Positions 37,579-46,514 of a DNA stretch of 64,000 nucleotides are shown piece after piece. The notes beneath the pieces were generated by a model, which worked only from the letters and a program-made list of their open reading frames with translations, searched no databases and had not been told where the DNA came from. Numbering within the stretch: the stretch's first letter is position 1; each line of letters begins with the position of its first letter. The position numbers and the translations under genes were made by a program. Origin of the DNA: a virus (taxonomy: Duplodnaviria > Caudoviricetes); IMG/VR virus record IMGVR_UViG_3300017763_003980; one strand, given 5' to 3'.

Positions 37579-38032
37579 TTGACAACTCCGATCTCATTTC
37601 AACATCTGTTTTAAACGGTCCTTTATATCCATATCTTTCCACAGTAACTAATTTAGGACAAAAACTTTTAACCCATCCTTTATCAAACTTAATAATATAA
37701 TATCCTGCACAATACAAACTATTTGATTTTAAAGACTTTGTAAACAAAGGTAGTTTGCGTTGTACATCATACATTGTATTATGTGGTGTAACACTAGTTG
37801 GATAACCGTGTACAATTTTTTCTGATGTTGTTATAGTCTTTGGGACATCCTCGTCCCAGTGTATTGTTCCTAATTTTTTACTAATTTGCTTTGTATTGTC
37901 AAAGAAACAAGTTTCGTTATTACACGAATATAGGTATCGTTCGTCATTATAACTTAGTGTTCCAACTTTTTTACCATCATCTTCTACTATCCAAAATTTA
38001 TTTTTTAAAACAGTATTTGCTTTTATTGTCAT
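37565..38032 (-). CDS. hypothetical protein
   Basis: Start moved to ATG 38032 (ATGA overlap with the RNase H gene stop). Confidence 0.75.
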   Translation of the reverse strand: MTIKANTVLKNKFWIVEDDGKKVGTLSYNDERYLYSCNNETCFFDNTKQISKKLGTIHWDEDVPKTITTSEKIVHGYPTSVTPHNTMYDVQRKLPLFTKSLKSNSLYCAGYYIIKFDKGWVKSFCPKLVTVERYGYKGPFKTDVEMRSELSIANR

Positions 38033-39015
38033 ACAGGGTACCTCGCTTGTAAAGGGGTTGCATATAGCTGTGCTTGATCTGCAATACGTTGCATATCCCA
38101 CTTAGCACAGAACTTCATAAGACGCATACCTACTTGTTGTACTTCTTTAGGGGTCATTGCTTCTTCTATAGTATCGTTAATAATAGTTCTAATGTTATCA
38201 GGCTGTGCAGTGAGATCGCACAATATAACATTACGTTGATAATCTTCTAGCACACGATGCTCTACACCATCATGATCAGTCCAACGTTGTAGCATCATGT
38301 TATTCCAGTTGTAGCCCTTTGTGTCTTTGTCTGCAAATGCTTCTAGTAGTCCAACTTTATTTTTAGTACCTTTCTTACGTACACCTGGATATGCACTAAA
38401 CACGTTGTCGCTAGTGTCACCACGCATACATTTCTCAAATAACATAAATGCAGGCACAGGTGCAGGCTTCGGCTCTTTAGTTTTCTTATCAATAACATGT
38501 TCACCTTTGTCTGTAAAATAGCCTTCATGAGTGATAGTTGTATTACTAACACCATTGTATTGTTTACAGTTAGGAGCAATTAGTTGTGCAAAGTCACCGT
38601 CTGTACTAATGATTACATGTGTGTCTTTAGGATGTGCTTGTACCCAGCCTGCAATAAGATCATCTGCTTCTAGTTGCGGATGTTGCATAACAGTACAATT
38701 AGTTTTGTCTGTAACAAAGTCCTTAAACTCATCAAAGATCTCCCAAAACAATGTATCTTCTTCTGCTTCTTTTACTGTAAGTGCATCACGTGCTACTTGC
38801 CTATTACGTTTGTAAGGTTCGTAAAAGTCCTTACGCCAACTACGACCTTCTAAGCAAAACACAACATGATCAGCATCAAAGTCTTGCCAAGCCTTCTTAA
38901 TGCTGTTAAGTGTAATATGTAGTGCCATGCCTACCTTAGTGTCAAGGTCACCACGAACTACATGTCTAGCACGAAAGAATGTATTTGCAGTGTCTACTAG
39001 TACATATGTACTCAT
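38029..39015 (-). CDS. rnh: 5'-3' exonuclease / T4-type RNase H (FEN/PIN fold)
   Basis: LVDTANTFFR, LEADDLI, ISTDGDF, RGDTSDN. Confidence 0.88.
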   Translation of the reverse strand: MSTYVLVDTANTFFRARHVVRGDLDTKVGMALHITLNSIKKAWQDFDADHVVFCLEGRSWRKDFYEPYKRNRQVARDALTVKEAEEDTLFWEIFDEFKDFVTDKTNCTVMQHPQLEADDLIAGWVQAHPKDTHVIISTDGDFAQLIAPNCKQYNGVSNTTITHEGYFTDKGEHVIDKKTKEPKPAPVPAFMLFEKCMRGDTSDNVFSAYPGVRKKGTKNKVGLLEAFADKDTKGYNWNNMMLQRWTDHDGVEHRVLEDYQRNVILCDLTAQPDNIRTIINDTIEEAMTPKEVQQVGMRLMKFCAKWDMQRIADQAQLYATPLQARYPV

Positions 39016-39044
39016 AAGTCAATCCTTAAATAATTTATAATACT

Positions 39045-39073
39045 ATTATAGCACCAGATCTGGCTTGCGTCAA
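39045..39073 (-). promoter_or_regulatory. sigma70-type promoter
   Basis: TTGACG-N17-TATAAT with TGn. Confidence 0.7.
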
Positions 39074-39759
39074 CCACTTTCGTTAGACTGTAAATCATCT
39101 TCTATATTGAAAAATTCTTCTGATATTATATTTTCGCCAACACTATAATATGGAGGCATATCGAGATATAAATCAAATGCTATACTTACCCTTGGAGTTG
39201 TTCCAGTATACTCTGGAACAGCATGTTCGACGTAACTTGGAAATAGAGTCATTCCACCTTTGAAGTTTGATACCTCTTGACCTTGCTCCATATGCTCGTA
39301 GTATGTACATGTCTCATAGTCATCCAAATGCATATTACCACTTAAATATGCACTAAACATAGCACTGTGCCTATGTTTTGTAATACGATCTCCTTTGCGT
39401 ACTACATTAAACCAACTACCAATACGTAGATTATATGGTCTAGTTCCATCTTGCATAATATAGTTAAAGTATTGAAATTTAAGCCATTTTAGTAAATCTC
39501 CTATTTCAGGACATTCATCTTTAAATTCAAATGTATTAAATCGACCATGCCTAGTAGTAACATTGTTAGCGTCTAATCCTGTTCTACCATCATTACGATA
39601 AGGTAAGTCATTAATAATCTTTTTTTCTTTAGCTAAAAGGAATTCTCGAATAGTGTCTACTTTGTCGCTTTCATCCCATTGTGCAAATCCAAGAGGAGCG
39701 TTCCAAACTGGAGCATAAGGAGATATTGGATGCTCACTTTTAAGTCTAAGTATTTCCAT
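39070..39759 (-). CDS. putative 2OG-Fe(II) oxygenase (TIGR02466-like)
   Basis: WFNVVRKG..ITKHRH...LSGNMHL, LFPSYVEH, RVSIAFD. Confidence 0.75.
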   Translation of the reverse strand: MEILRLKSEHPISPYAPVWNAPLGFAQWDESDKVDTIREFLLAKEKKIINDLPYRNDGRTGLDANNVTTRHGRFNTFEFKDECPEIGDLLKWLKFQYFNYIMQDGTRPYNLRIGSWFNVVRKGDRITKHRHSAMFSAYLSGNMHLDDYETCTYYEHMEQGQEVSNFKGGMTLFPSYVEHAVPEYTGTTPRVSIAFDLYLDMPPYYSVGENIISEEFFNIEDDLQSNESG

Positions 39760-40169
39760 TAGCTAACCTCAGACTTTCCATCTCCTGTTGAAACTATTTT
39801 AATATGTCCCATATCTCTATCTGTAGACTGTCCTTCTTCCTCTAACATTTGTACTACAATACTCTTAAACCAAGCATCTACTATAGCTTCATTTGTTTCG
39901 CCTTGATACCCTGCATCTAGTAGTTCTTCAATAAATTGATTGTTCCAATCTAATTCAAAGAATCCATTTTTAATATTTTCTGGATTAAGTTGTGTATCAA
40001 GAACTGCTACCCAAGCCTTACCTGCTTTAGTAGCTTCTTCTTTTTCACGTTCAAGCACTGCCCTACGTTCTTCTTCTGAAGTAGATTGCACTTGTACTTC
40101 AGGTTCGACTTTCTTTTTACCTAATGTATTGTTTACAAAGTTTGCAAACCAACTTTTATCTTTTTTCAT
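39759..40169 (-). CDS. hypothetical protein
   Basis: 136 aa ORF with AGGAG RBS. Confidence 0.75.
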   Translation of the reverse strand: MKKDKSWFANFVNNTLGKKKVEPEVQVQSTSEEERRAVLEREKEEATKAGKAWVAVLDTQLNPENIKNGFFELDWNNQFIEELLDAGYQGETNEAIVDAWFKSIVVQMLEEEGQSTDRDMGHIKIVSTGDGKSEVS

Positions 40170-40265
40170 ATCCTCTCCTAAAAACCTTTCTGTCTTAGCC
40201 TTTCTATATCTATCGGTGCTTTCATAGCTTTTGATAGTTTTTCTTGTCTTTCGCGTTCGACTTTA

Positions 40266-41165
40266 TCATGTACCCCATGCATTTCCGAATAAGGATATGT
40301 GGAGTCTTGGGGTGAAACGCCATCCTCTTTCCATACACGCCTCCGCAACTTCTTGAACATTAAGGTTGTACTCTTCCGAACGTCCGCCCAGCGGCATAAG
40401 ATATACTGGACAGTCGACCCCGGCGCTACGATACTCTTCGACAGCTCTAGTAACTTCATCAAAGTCATCTTTAGTAGCAACCACAAACTTAAGATAGATA
40501 TTGCTACCATCCACATTGCTATACTCACTAGCAACATCAGGCTTAATAGCAGTATCCCAAGGTTCTCCGCTAACTGATAGTTTTGGGGAACAAGACCAAG
40601 TAACTTCAAATCTGTCTTGATTGCTGAGATAGTCGCAGAAATCATCTTTGAGACGTTGCGTAGTATTTGTTTCAAATGTAACATTTTTTAAATCCTGCAT
40701 GCGTGGATGTTCGAATAGCTCAATGTAAAGCCGTTGCCACGCTAACAACGGTTCACCGCCTGTCATAATTAAATGTATATCTTGTCCATTATCCATTGTC
40801 CACTTACCTTCAGGAGTAAGTGAAAGAAGATGTTCTACTACTTCATCTACTTCTTTTTGCTTATTAAAATGCTTAAACTCAGGATAGATACTTGCATAAG
40901 TATCACAGCCTGTGTGTATAATAGGCAAATCGTTAAAGTCTACAGTTGTTTTATGTACATCTTTTGCAATTAATTCTGCAACCTCTGCATTATGCTTTTT
41001 ACCTGCTTTGTGTTGTTCCCAACGATCTCTTGTTTCATCTGTACCAAAATTCATACAACGAAAGTTACAACCGAAGGTACGTAGGAATACACTAGGGACT
41101 CCTACAAATCTACCTTCACCTTGTACAGAGTAAAAAGCTTCTGAGTATCTAAGCTTATTTCCCAC
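40266..41165 (-). CDS. queE: 7-carboxy-7-deazaguanine synthase (radical SAM)
   Basis: FYSVQGEG..VG.PSVFLR..GCNFRC...GCDT, TGGEPL, ETNTT, SPK, C-terminal PRLH; GTG start 41165 with AGGAG RBS. Confidence 0.88.
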   Translation of the reverse strand: MGNKLRYSEAFYSVQGEGRFVGVPSVFLRTFGCNFRCMNFGTDETRDRWEQHKAGKKHNAEVAELIAKDVHKTTVDFNDLPIIHTGCDTYASIYPEFKHFNKQKEVDEVVEHLLSLTPEGKWTMDNGQDIHLIMTGGEPLLAWQRLYIELFEHPRMQDLKNVTFETNTTQRLKDDFCDYLSNQDRFEVTWSCSPKLSVSGEPWDTAIKPDVASEYSNVDGSNIYLKFVVATKDDFDEVTRAVEEYRSAGVDCPVYLMPLGGRSEEYNLNVQEVAEACMERGWRFTPRLHISLFGNAWGT

Positions 41166-41844
41166 ACGCGAACTCCTGCTGAAGTTTAACATTATCGATA
41201 AACTCTTTTTTAGTTGCAGGATCGTCTTTAAATGCACCACGCAATACAGTTGTTTGTGTTAGACTACTTTTTGCTCTAATACCTCTGTTCTCACAACAAC
41301 CATGTGTCGCTTGTACGTATACGCCAACGTGTTCACTACCAGTTTGCTCTTGTATTGCATTTGCAATCATAACATTAAGCTCTTCTTGTAGTGTTCCTCG
41401 CATAGCACACCATTGTGCAATACGTGTGTACTTGCTAAGACCTAATAGTTTAGGACCTGCAATAATACCAATGTATGCCACACCTTTTACTGTTTGGTGA
41501 TGATGCGAACATAAACTTGTAAGTTCACTACGCACAACCAACATACCTTCATAACCACCTTCAATGTAGTTAGGAAATGCACTTGGGTTAGGCATTGTAT
41601 CATAACGACCAGACATAATTTCATTAATGTACATCTTAGCCATACGCCTTGCGGTGTCTTGACTGTTAGGATCTGTTTTTGTATCAATTAACAGTGTTTG
41701 TAATACATTTTCGAAAGCAGGAACTGCTTCTTCAATTAGTTGTTGCTTGTCGCCTTCTTCAAGTACTTCACTAATGTTATCATTAGCCCAGTATCTAATA
41801 CCAGCTTCTTCTAGCTTTGTTTTAATTTCTTCTACTTTGCTCAC
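41155..41844 (-). CDS. folE: GTP cyclohydrolase I
   Basis: DTARRMAK, LCSHH, LSKYTRI, LQEEL, HGCCENRG. Confidence 0.93.
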   Translation of the reverse strand: MSKVEEIKTKLEEAGIRYWANDNISEVLEEGDKQQLIEEAVPAFENVLQTLLIDTKTDPNSQDTARRMAKMYINEIMSGRYDTMPNPSAFPNYIEGGYEGMLVVRSELTSLCSHHHQTVKGVAYIGIIAGPKLLGLSKYTRIAQWCAMRGTLQEELNVMIANAIQEQTGSEHVGVYVQATHGCCENRGIRAKSSLTQTTVLRGAFKDDPATKKEFIDNVKLQQEFACGK

Positions 41845-41911
41845 GTTTTATATCTCCGATGTTAAGGCAGTGGATTGCCATTAATAATAAAATACAATGC
41901 ACAATAATATT

Positions 41912-41940
41912 ATTATACATTGTATTTAGGTTTTTGTCAA
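41912..41940 (-). promoter_or_regulatory. consensus sigma70 promoter of folE-queE
   Basis: Perfect TTGACA-N17-TATAAT; a CTAAATA late-like box lies in the spacer. Confidence 0.8.
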
Positions 41941-41945
41941 GTATT

Positions 41946-42167
41946 TTATACAAAATACTTTTCTAGCATATCAATACGGTCTTGTGCGGCCGCCATTTGA
42001 TCAAGCTCTTTCTGTATCGTTTCAATGATATCAGAATGTTCACCAATGCCTACAACCTTTTGCATGTAAACTTCGATGTTAGTCTTATGCAACTCTAACT
42101 CCGCCTCGGCGTGTTTGATAGCTGCATTCACCATTTGTTGCTTCAAATTATCCATACCTTTCTCCAA
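41946..42167 (-). CDS. small helical hypothetical protein
   Basis: 73 aa ORF, VGIGEHSDI motif. Confidence 0.75.
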   Translation of the reverse strand: MEKGMDNLKQQMVNAAIKHAEAELELHKTNIEVYMQKVVGIGEHSDIIETIQKELDQMAAAQDRIDMLEKYFV

Positions 42168-42174
42168 TATTTGG

Positions 42175-42558
42175 TTAACTTAACTGGTAATTACCTTTTT
42201 CTGGAATAACATGTCTAACGCCACCACGTGGGTCTTTAGTGTCACCATCTCTTCTAAAAATCAAATGCACGTGGGGGTACATGCAAGTTTGCCCTGCACT
42301 CTCGCCTACATTCAACCCGACATTGTATCCAGTAATATTGTTTCTATTACTTTGCACATTGTCGTAACCCATAGTAACTGCATAATTAAAACACTTGAGG
42401 ATATTCTCTTGTGTTGCTTCTCTAGGTACGATAAGAGTATGTCCTTCTGTAACCGGATAAGCATCTTTATATACTATGAAATCTCGTGTCTCCAATTCGA
42501 CATCTGTCCACGGAGCTCTGTTGTCTTGTTGTGCTAATGTTAGTGTATCAGCTTTCAT
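42175..42558 (-). CDS. HIT-family nucleotide hydrolase
   Basis: DAYPVTEGHTLIVP, YNVGLN.GESAGQT, YPHVHLI. Confidence 0.88.
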   Translation of the reverse strand: MKADTLTLAQQDNRAPWTDVELETRDFIVYKDAYPVTEGHTLIVPREATQENILKCFNYAVTMGYDNVQSNRNNITGYNVGLNVGESAGQTCMYPHVHLIFRRDGDTKDPRGGVRHVIPEKGNYQLS

Positions 42559-43115
42559 TCGTATTTACCTACGTTTTCCCAAGGGTAAACTAACCAAACA
42601 TCTTCCTCAGCTTTGTTTACTTCGTGGGCATAAAAATTAGTATGATGGAAGTCGCTAGCTAAGTTTTCTGTAAGCACTGCAAACTTTACACTGTTGCCCC
42701 AAACACTTGCCCAAGCATTATCTTCATGGGGGAAACAACCTGACATCCAGTCATTTCTAATCCAATTAAAAGTAGCACCAGTGTCATTGATATCGTCTAC
42801 AATAAGAATCTTTTTTCGTCTATCAGGATCCCATCTGCTTTTATATGTTCCTTGCTCATTATAAGGAACAATGCCAAATGCATCTTCGGCCATTGAACAG
42901 TTACTTTCTAATATGCTACCGTCACGTAGGCTAACTTTAATTGCTTCACATGGTATACCAGTCATGTTACTAATAATTGTAGCGGGAACATTGCCACCCC
43001 TTGTAATACCTACAATATAATCAGGCTTATAGTTACTTGTATACATTGTAGTTACAATTTCTGTACACATTGTTTCAACGTCTTTCCAACTATAGAAATG
43101 CTTATTGATTACCAT
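42555..43115 (-). CDS. type I phosphoribosyltransferase (purine PRT-like)
   Basis: IVGITRGG and PRPP-binding LIVDDINDTGAT, WLVYPWE. Confidence 0.88.
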   Translation of the reverse strand: MVINKHFYSWKDVETMCTEIVTTMYTSNYKPDYIVGITRGGNVPATIISNMTGIPCEAIKVSLRDGSILESNCSMAEDAFGIVPYNEQGTYKSRWDPDRRKKILIVDDINDTGATFNWIRNDWMSGCFPHEDNAWASVWGNSVKFAVLTENLASDFHHTNFYAHEVNKAEEDVWLVYPWENVGKYE

Positions 43116-43584
43116 TTAAATACTCCTCACTGTCTACCCAAGTATAACCACCGTCTGAATAAGAAGTGCCAAACTTAAAAGGCATAAAGCCCCAGCTTTT
43201 TGCTTTCTTACCCATATAAAAAAGACTCCAACAAGGTATTTCATTACCATCTTCGTCTTTAGCTAATTCTAACCAATGTAGATCATCTGAATCACGATAT
43301 CTAAAATGCCCTGGTCCTCGCCATACTGACTTACTACCTACAACAGCACCTTCTCGTGATCGAATAGGTATATGCTCATAGTAACCGCCTTTAAGAATTA
43401 GTGTTGCATAAGACCATGGATGATCATGTAACACTTCTTCGTCACTCTTTAAAACTTTGTGTAGAGTAAAGTTAAAAGGAAACCATGTACGATCTTTTAA
43501 AAATAGATAGTATCTTATAAGATAAGGAATTTTACCTGCTCTATCGTAAATTACTCTTTTTCTGTTTTTGAAAAAACTAATCAT
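43102..43584 (-). CDS. cupin-fold protein
   Basis: LHDHPW..ATLILKGGY.EH ... HWLEL, WSLF. Confidence 0.7.
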   Translation of the reverse strand: MISFFKNRKRVIYDRAGKIPYLIRYYLFLKDRTWFPFNFTLHKVLKSDEEVLHDHPWSYATLILKGGYYEHIPIRSREGAVVGSKSVWRGPGHFRYRDSDDLHWLELAKDEDGNEIPCWSLFYMGKKAKSWGFMPFKFGTSYSDGGYTWVDSEEYLNGNQ

Positions 43585-43972
43585 TTACTTTTTTCTTCCC
43601 CATCCAATCTTGATGAACCATTTTGTAAGTAACTTTAAAATTATCAAATGCTTTGCTCAATCCTGGATACTCTGCACACATGTCTTGTATTTTATTTAAA
43701 GTAGGTAATTGGTCTACAAAATCTACTGGATCGTGTGTAGTTAAAGTAATATCATCACTACCAAATGTAATATCACCACCAGTACTGATTGTAAATGTTG
43801 ATGCAGGATTACTACCAATTGTAAGTGTATCAGTTGTCCAAGAGCTCATTGTAGCAGAACTGTCGATATAACTAGTATCAATAGTATCACTTACACCAGT
43901 AAGTTTTATAGTATAATCATTATCATTTGTAAAAATATCTAACTGCTCTTTCCAATCATCGTTATTACTCAC
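43577..43972 (-). CDS. hypothetical Thr/Ser-rich protein
   Basis: Start moved to GTG 43972 (overlaps the GT stop, GAGGAG upstream). Confidence 0.65.
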   Translation of the reverse strand: MSNNDDWKEQLDIFTNDNDYTIKLTGVSDTIDTSYIDSSATMSSWTTDTLTIGSNPASTFTISTGGDITFGSDDITLTTHDPVDFVDQLPTLNKIQDMCAEYPGLSKAFDNFKVTYKMVHQDWMGKKKVND

Positions 43973-45023
43973 CTTTAATCTCCTCGTAAAGATCCTTGCC
44001 ACTAAAAAAGTTTTTCTTAAGTTTGTTAGTTTGCTTTTGTAAAGCTGGAAGATAGTCGTCATAATTTTCCATGTACTCAATTATTTTATCTATTACGTCT
44101 TGCTTATGTAACAAATAAGTTTGAAAATCTTTAGTCCATTCACTTGGATACTTAAATGTATCTGTAGCCATTTCTGAATAGCTAAGTCTGTCTGGTACCA
44201 TAGGAATTGCATCAACTACTGCGCCTTCATACCAACTAATACCTAGTGTTTCCTGTAAGTTTGCACTAAACACCATCTTAGCTTCACCAAGTAAATTATG
44301 ATATTCATTCTTTGTTAGTTGTTGCTCTTGGCATACAATAAAATCATATTGTGGAAGTGACTGTCGAAGATCATTAAAGATATCAACTTGCTTTTCAGGA
44401 GCAATTCTATGTGGAAATAATATTACATCACGTTTTTCCATATGTCGATATTGCTCTAAAGAAGTACAAAGATACTCCATAGGCCATCCAACACGTACAC
44501 TTTTTCTTTCAAAGTCTAATTCAGCTGATGCAAAGGCATCTTCGAACATATCAATGTGGAATTCGGTTGCAAAAAAATTATGATCATAACACTCATACAT
44601 ACTTGCTTCTGCAAGCCTAACCCAAGGTTTATCACCTATGAGTCTACCTAAAAAGTCTTGTGGATCATAACTACCTGCATGCCACATGCCACCAATATAA
44701 ATGTCAACACCTAGTAGCTCTGCCATATAACGAAGCTGTATAACAGTAGGGTTCCAAGCGTCGGTATACAAAAAATAGTCGCCATCACTAATCTTTCCTT
44801 TGCAGAAAAGCTCACCGATTTGTTCGAGTTGCTTGCTTTTATATACATTTGTTCCTCCGAAATTAAGGAAAGCTCCAGGCGTAGTTGCCTGAGGCGTTTC
44901 CCCTCCACTTATAACTAAAACTTCTTCATTTGTAGCTCGCTTTAATTGCTTTGGAAGATGCTCCTTCCATTGTGCAGTGTAACGAGTATCAACTGCTTCG
45001 ATATCTACAATATGAATTGTCAT
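43965..45023 (-). CDS. GT-B fold (GT4-like) glycosyltransferase
   Basis: WHAGSYD, VGWP, FPHRIAPEKQ, ETLGISWYEG (ExxGxxxxE), YPSEW. Confidence 0.75.
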   Translation of the reverse strand: MTIHIVDIEAVDTRYTAQWKEHLPKQLKRATNEEVLVISGGETPQATTPGAFLNFGGTNVYKSKQLEQIGELFCKGKISDGDYFLYTDAWNPTVIQLRYMAELLGVDIYIGGMWHAGSYDPQDFLGRLIGDKPWVRLAEASMYECYDHNFFATEFHIDMFEDAFASAELDFERKSVRVGWPMEYLCTSLEQYRHMEKRDVILFPHRIAPEKQVDIFNDLRQSLPQYDFIVCQEQQLTKNEYHNLLGEAKMVFSANLQETLGISWYEGAVVDAIPMVPDRLSYSEMATDTFKYPSEWTKDFQTYLLHKQDVIDKIIEYMENYDDYLPALQKQTNKLKKNFFSGKDLYEEIKGE

Positions 45024-45026
45024 TAG

Positions 45027-45218
45027 TTACTTCCTTTTATTAAAGCCGGCCTTCTTAGCACGAAGCCACCCACGATACCTTTCGTAAGCTTGCCAGTTTG
45101 GATCGCTCTTTTTGTAAAGAGCTTTTTCATCAAACTTCTTTCCCTCAAAGCGGCAATAGTCGCGATAAGCGTCGAGGTCGTTGAAGATCTTTGCCACAAC
45201 CGGGTTTTTAATAGACAT
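45027..45218 (-). CDS. small basic hypothetical protein
   Basis: MSIKNPVV... start ATG 45218 with upstream purine-rich RBS. Confidence 0.65.
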   Translation of the reverse strand: MSIKNPVVAKIFNDLDAYRDYCRFEGKKFDEKALYKKSDPNWQAYERYRGWLRAKKAGFNKRK

Positions 45219-45240
45219 AGTATAATTCTTCCTTTTGTCA

Positions 45241-45774
45241 TTAACTATTTGGATAAAAAATTGAACAGCCGTTTTCGTTATCTTCACTTACTTCAATTTC
45301 GACAAAACGGCCGGGATGTCGATTTGAAATTTCTTTATATAGTTCATCTGCAATCATTTCGCAGGATTTATGATCTAGAACAAGCACTTGACCTTCAGCG
45401 GAATCACTGTATAGTCTTTCAAGCCATCGCTTGAACTGAATGAATTCAATGTCTCTATCATCGTGAAACACCTCAATACGCACCCTGAAGTGGAAAATGT
45501 GACGATGAGGATGACCAAGAAAACTAACATCATCCCACCCACCTGTTGCAAGTTTGGGATCATCTAATGCTGCCGGATAACAATGAATACCTTCCTTTGA
45601 GAATGTAACCCATATACTTCGTTGTGCATTATTTAGTGCATTTTCTTTTTGCATTTTAGCATCTTCCTCTCTCATTCGTCTACCCATGTAATCATGATAG
45701 CTTTCACGATTGACTGCATCATACGATGGGTAACCTTTTTCAAAAACTGGTGATGTGTGTTCATCTTCTACCAT
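45241..45774 (-). CDS. QueD-like T-fold protein (DpdL-like)
   Basis: GIHCYP His, FLGHPHRHIF (LxxxHRHxF instead of CxxxHGH), IEFIQFK, SCEMIA, IEVSEDNENG. Confidence 0.65.
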   Translation of the reverse strand: MVEDEHTSPVFEKGYPSYDAVNRESYHDYMGRRMREEDAKMQKENALNNAQRSIWVTFSKEGIHCYPAALDDPKLATGGWDDVSFLGHPHRHIFHFRVRIEVFHDDRDIEFIQFKRWLERLYSDSAEGQVLVLDHKSCEMIADELYKEISNRHPGRFVEIEVSEDNENGCSIFYPNS

Positions 45775-45780
45775 ATTATT

Positions 45781-45809
45781 AGTATACTTTCATTTAATAG
45801 GTTTGTCAA
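45781..45809 (-). promoter_or_regulatory. sigma70-type promoter (leaderless) of the QueD-like gene
   Basis: TTGACA-N17-TATACT; -10 ends 6 nt before ATG 45774. Confidence 0.7.
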
Positions 45810-46305
45810 GGCCATATTTGGACCAATTAGTAAATTTATTTGCATCCATCAAGTCATGAAGTCTGTGACTCCAAACACCTGGATTAGTTGCGGCAAATCC
45901 TTTGTCATCAATTTTAATCATAGTGTTGTAGTTCCATAGTTTTACATATGGAATCGGAACACGGATTTGCGGAATAAAATTGTCGTACTCTGTGAGACCG
46001 TCTTCCAAAATCTCTTCTGCACAAGTAATCGGAATATCTAAACTACACCAATAATCTTGTTTTAAGAAGTGTGTAATCATTTCTCCCCAACCAGGTCCGA
46101 CCTTATTTGCTTGCACACTATGATTAGCACCAAAGAAAATATGTTTTACTTGATTATATGCCAATAGTTGTTCTTCGATATCTTTAACAGGTTGTACTCC
46201 TGTTACAAACAATGTATACATACCATATGCAGGAGTATGCTCTACTTCTGTACCAGTAAAGTATGTTACGTTATCAAACTCGCCTGCGTCATAATTTCTT
46301 TTCAT
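45790..46305 (-). CDS. hypothetical protein in the dpdA locus
   Basis: 171 aa; FTGTEVEHTPAYGMYTLFV, HIFFGANHS. Confidence 0.75.
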   Translation of the reverse strand: MKRNYDAGEFDNVTYFTGTEVEHTPAYGMYTLFVTGVQPVKDIEEQLLAYNQVKHIFFGANHSVQANKVGPGWGEMITHFLKQDYWCSLDIPITCAEEILEDGLTEYDNFIPQIRVPIPYVKLWNYNTMIKIDDKGFAATNPGVWSHRLHDLMDANKFTNWSKYGLDKPIK

Positions 46306-46514
46306 GATATAGGTCCTAGGTCAACAAGTTTCTTTTCAATTCGATGTATTTCGTCTTTAAACCATAATTTTTTTGTTTTGAGTACTACAAGTTCTTGATC
46401 TGGCATTAATTTTTTATATCCTTCGATAATTTCTTTGTCCAGTGTTCTATGCTTTTTATAAAGTTCTTGTAGGTATATTGCATATTTTTCATGCTTCGCT
46501 GTGAAGTTGCTCAT
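46302..46514 (-). CDS. small coiled-coil protein (DUF465-like)
   Basis: LYKKHRTLDKEI...LKTKKLWFKDEI. Confidence 0.6.
   Translation of the reverse strand: MSNFTAKHEKYAIYLQELYKKHRTLDKEIIEGYKKLMPDQELVVLKTKKLWFKDEIHRIEKKLVDLGPIS

Noticed and set aside
41155-41844. T-fold protein as QueF instead of FolE
   Set aside because: It has the GTP cyclohydrolase I Zn ligands (LCSHH, HGC) and the LSK/LQE motifs
41845-41911. preQ1 riboswitch upstream of folE-queE
   Set aside because: The leader has only a 4-bp GGCA/TGCC stem; no preQ1-I stem-loop with A-rich tail is recognisable
45790-46305. Assigning this ORF as DpdM or DpdN
   Set aside because: No formyltransferase or methyltransferase motifs I can verify by eye; it needs a homology search
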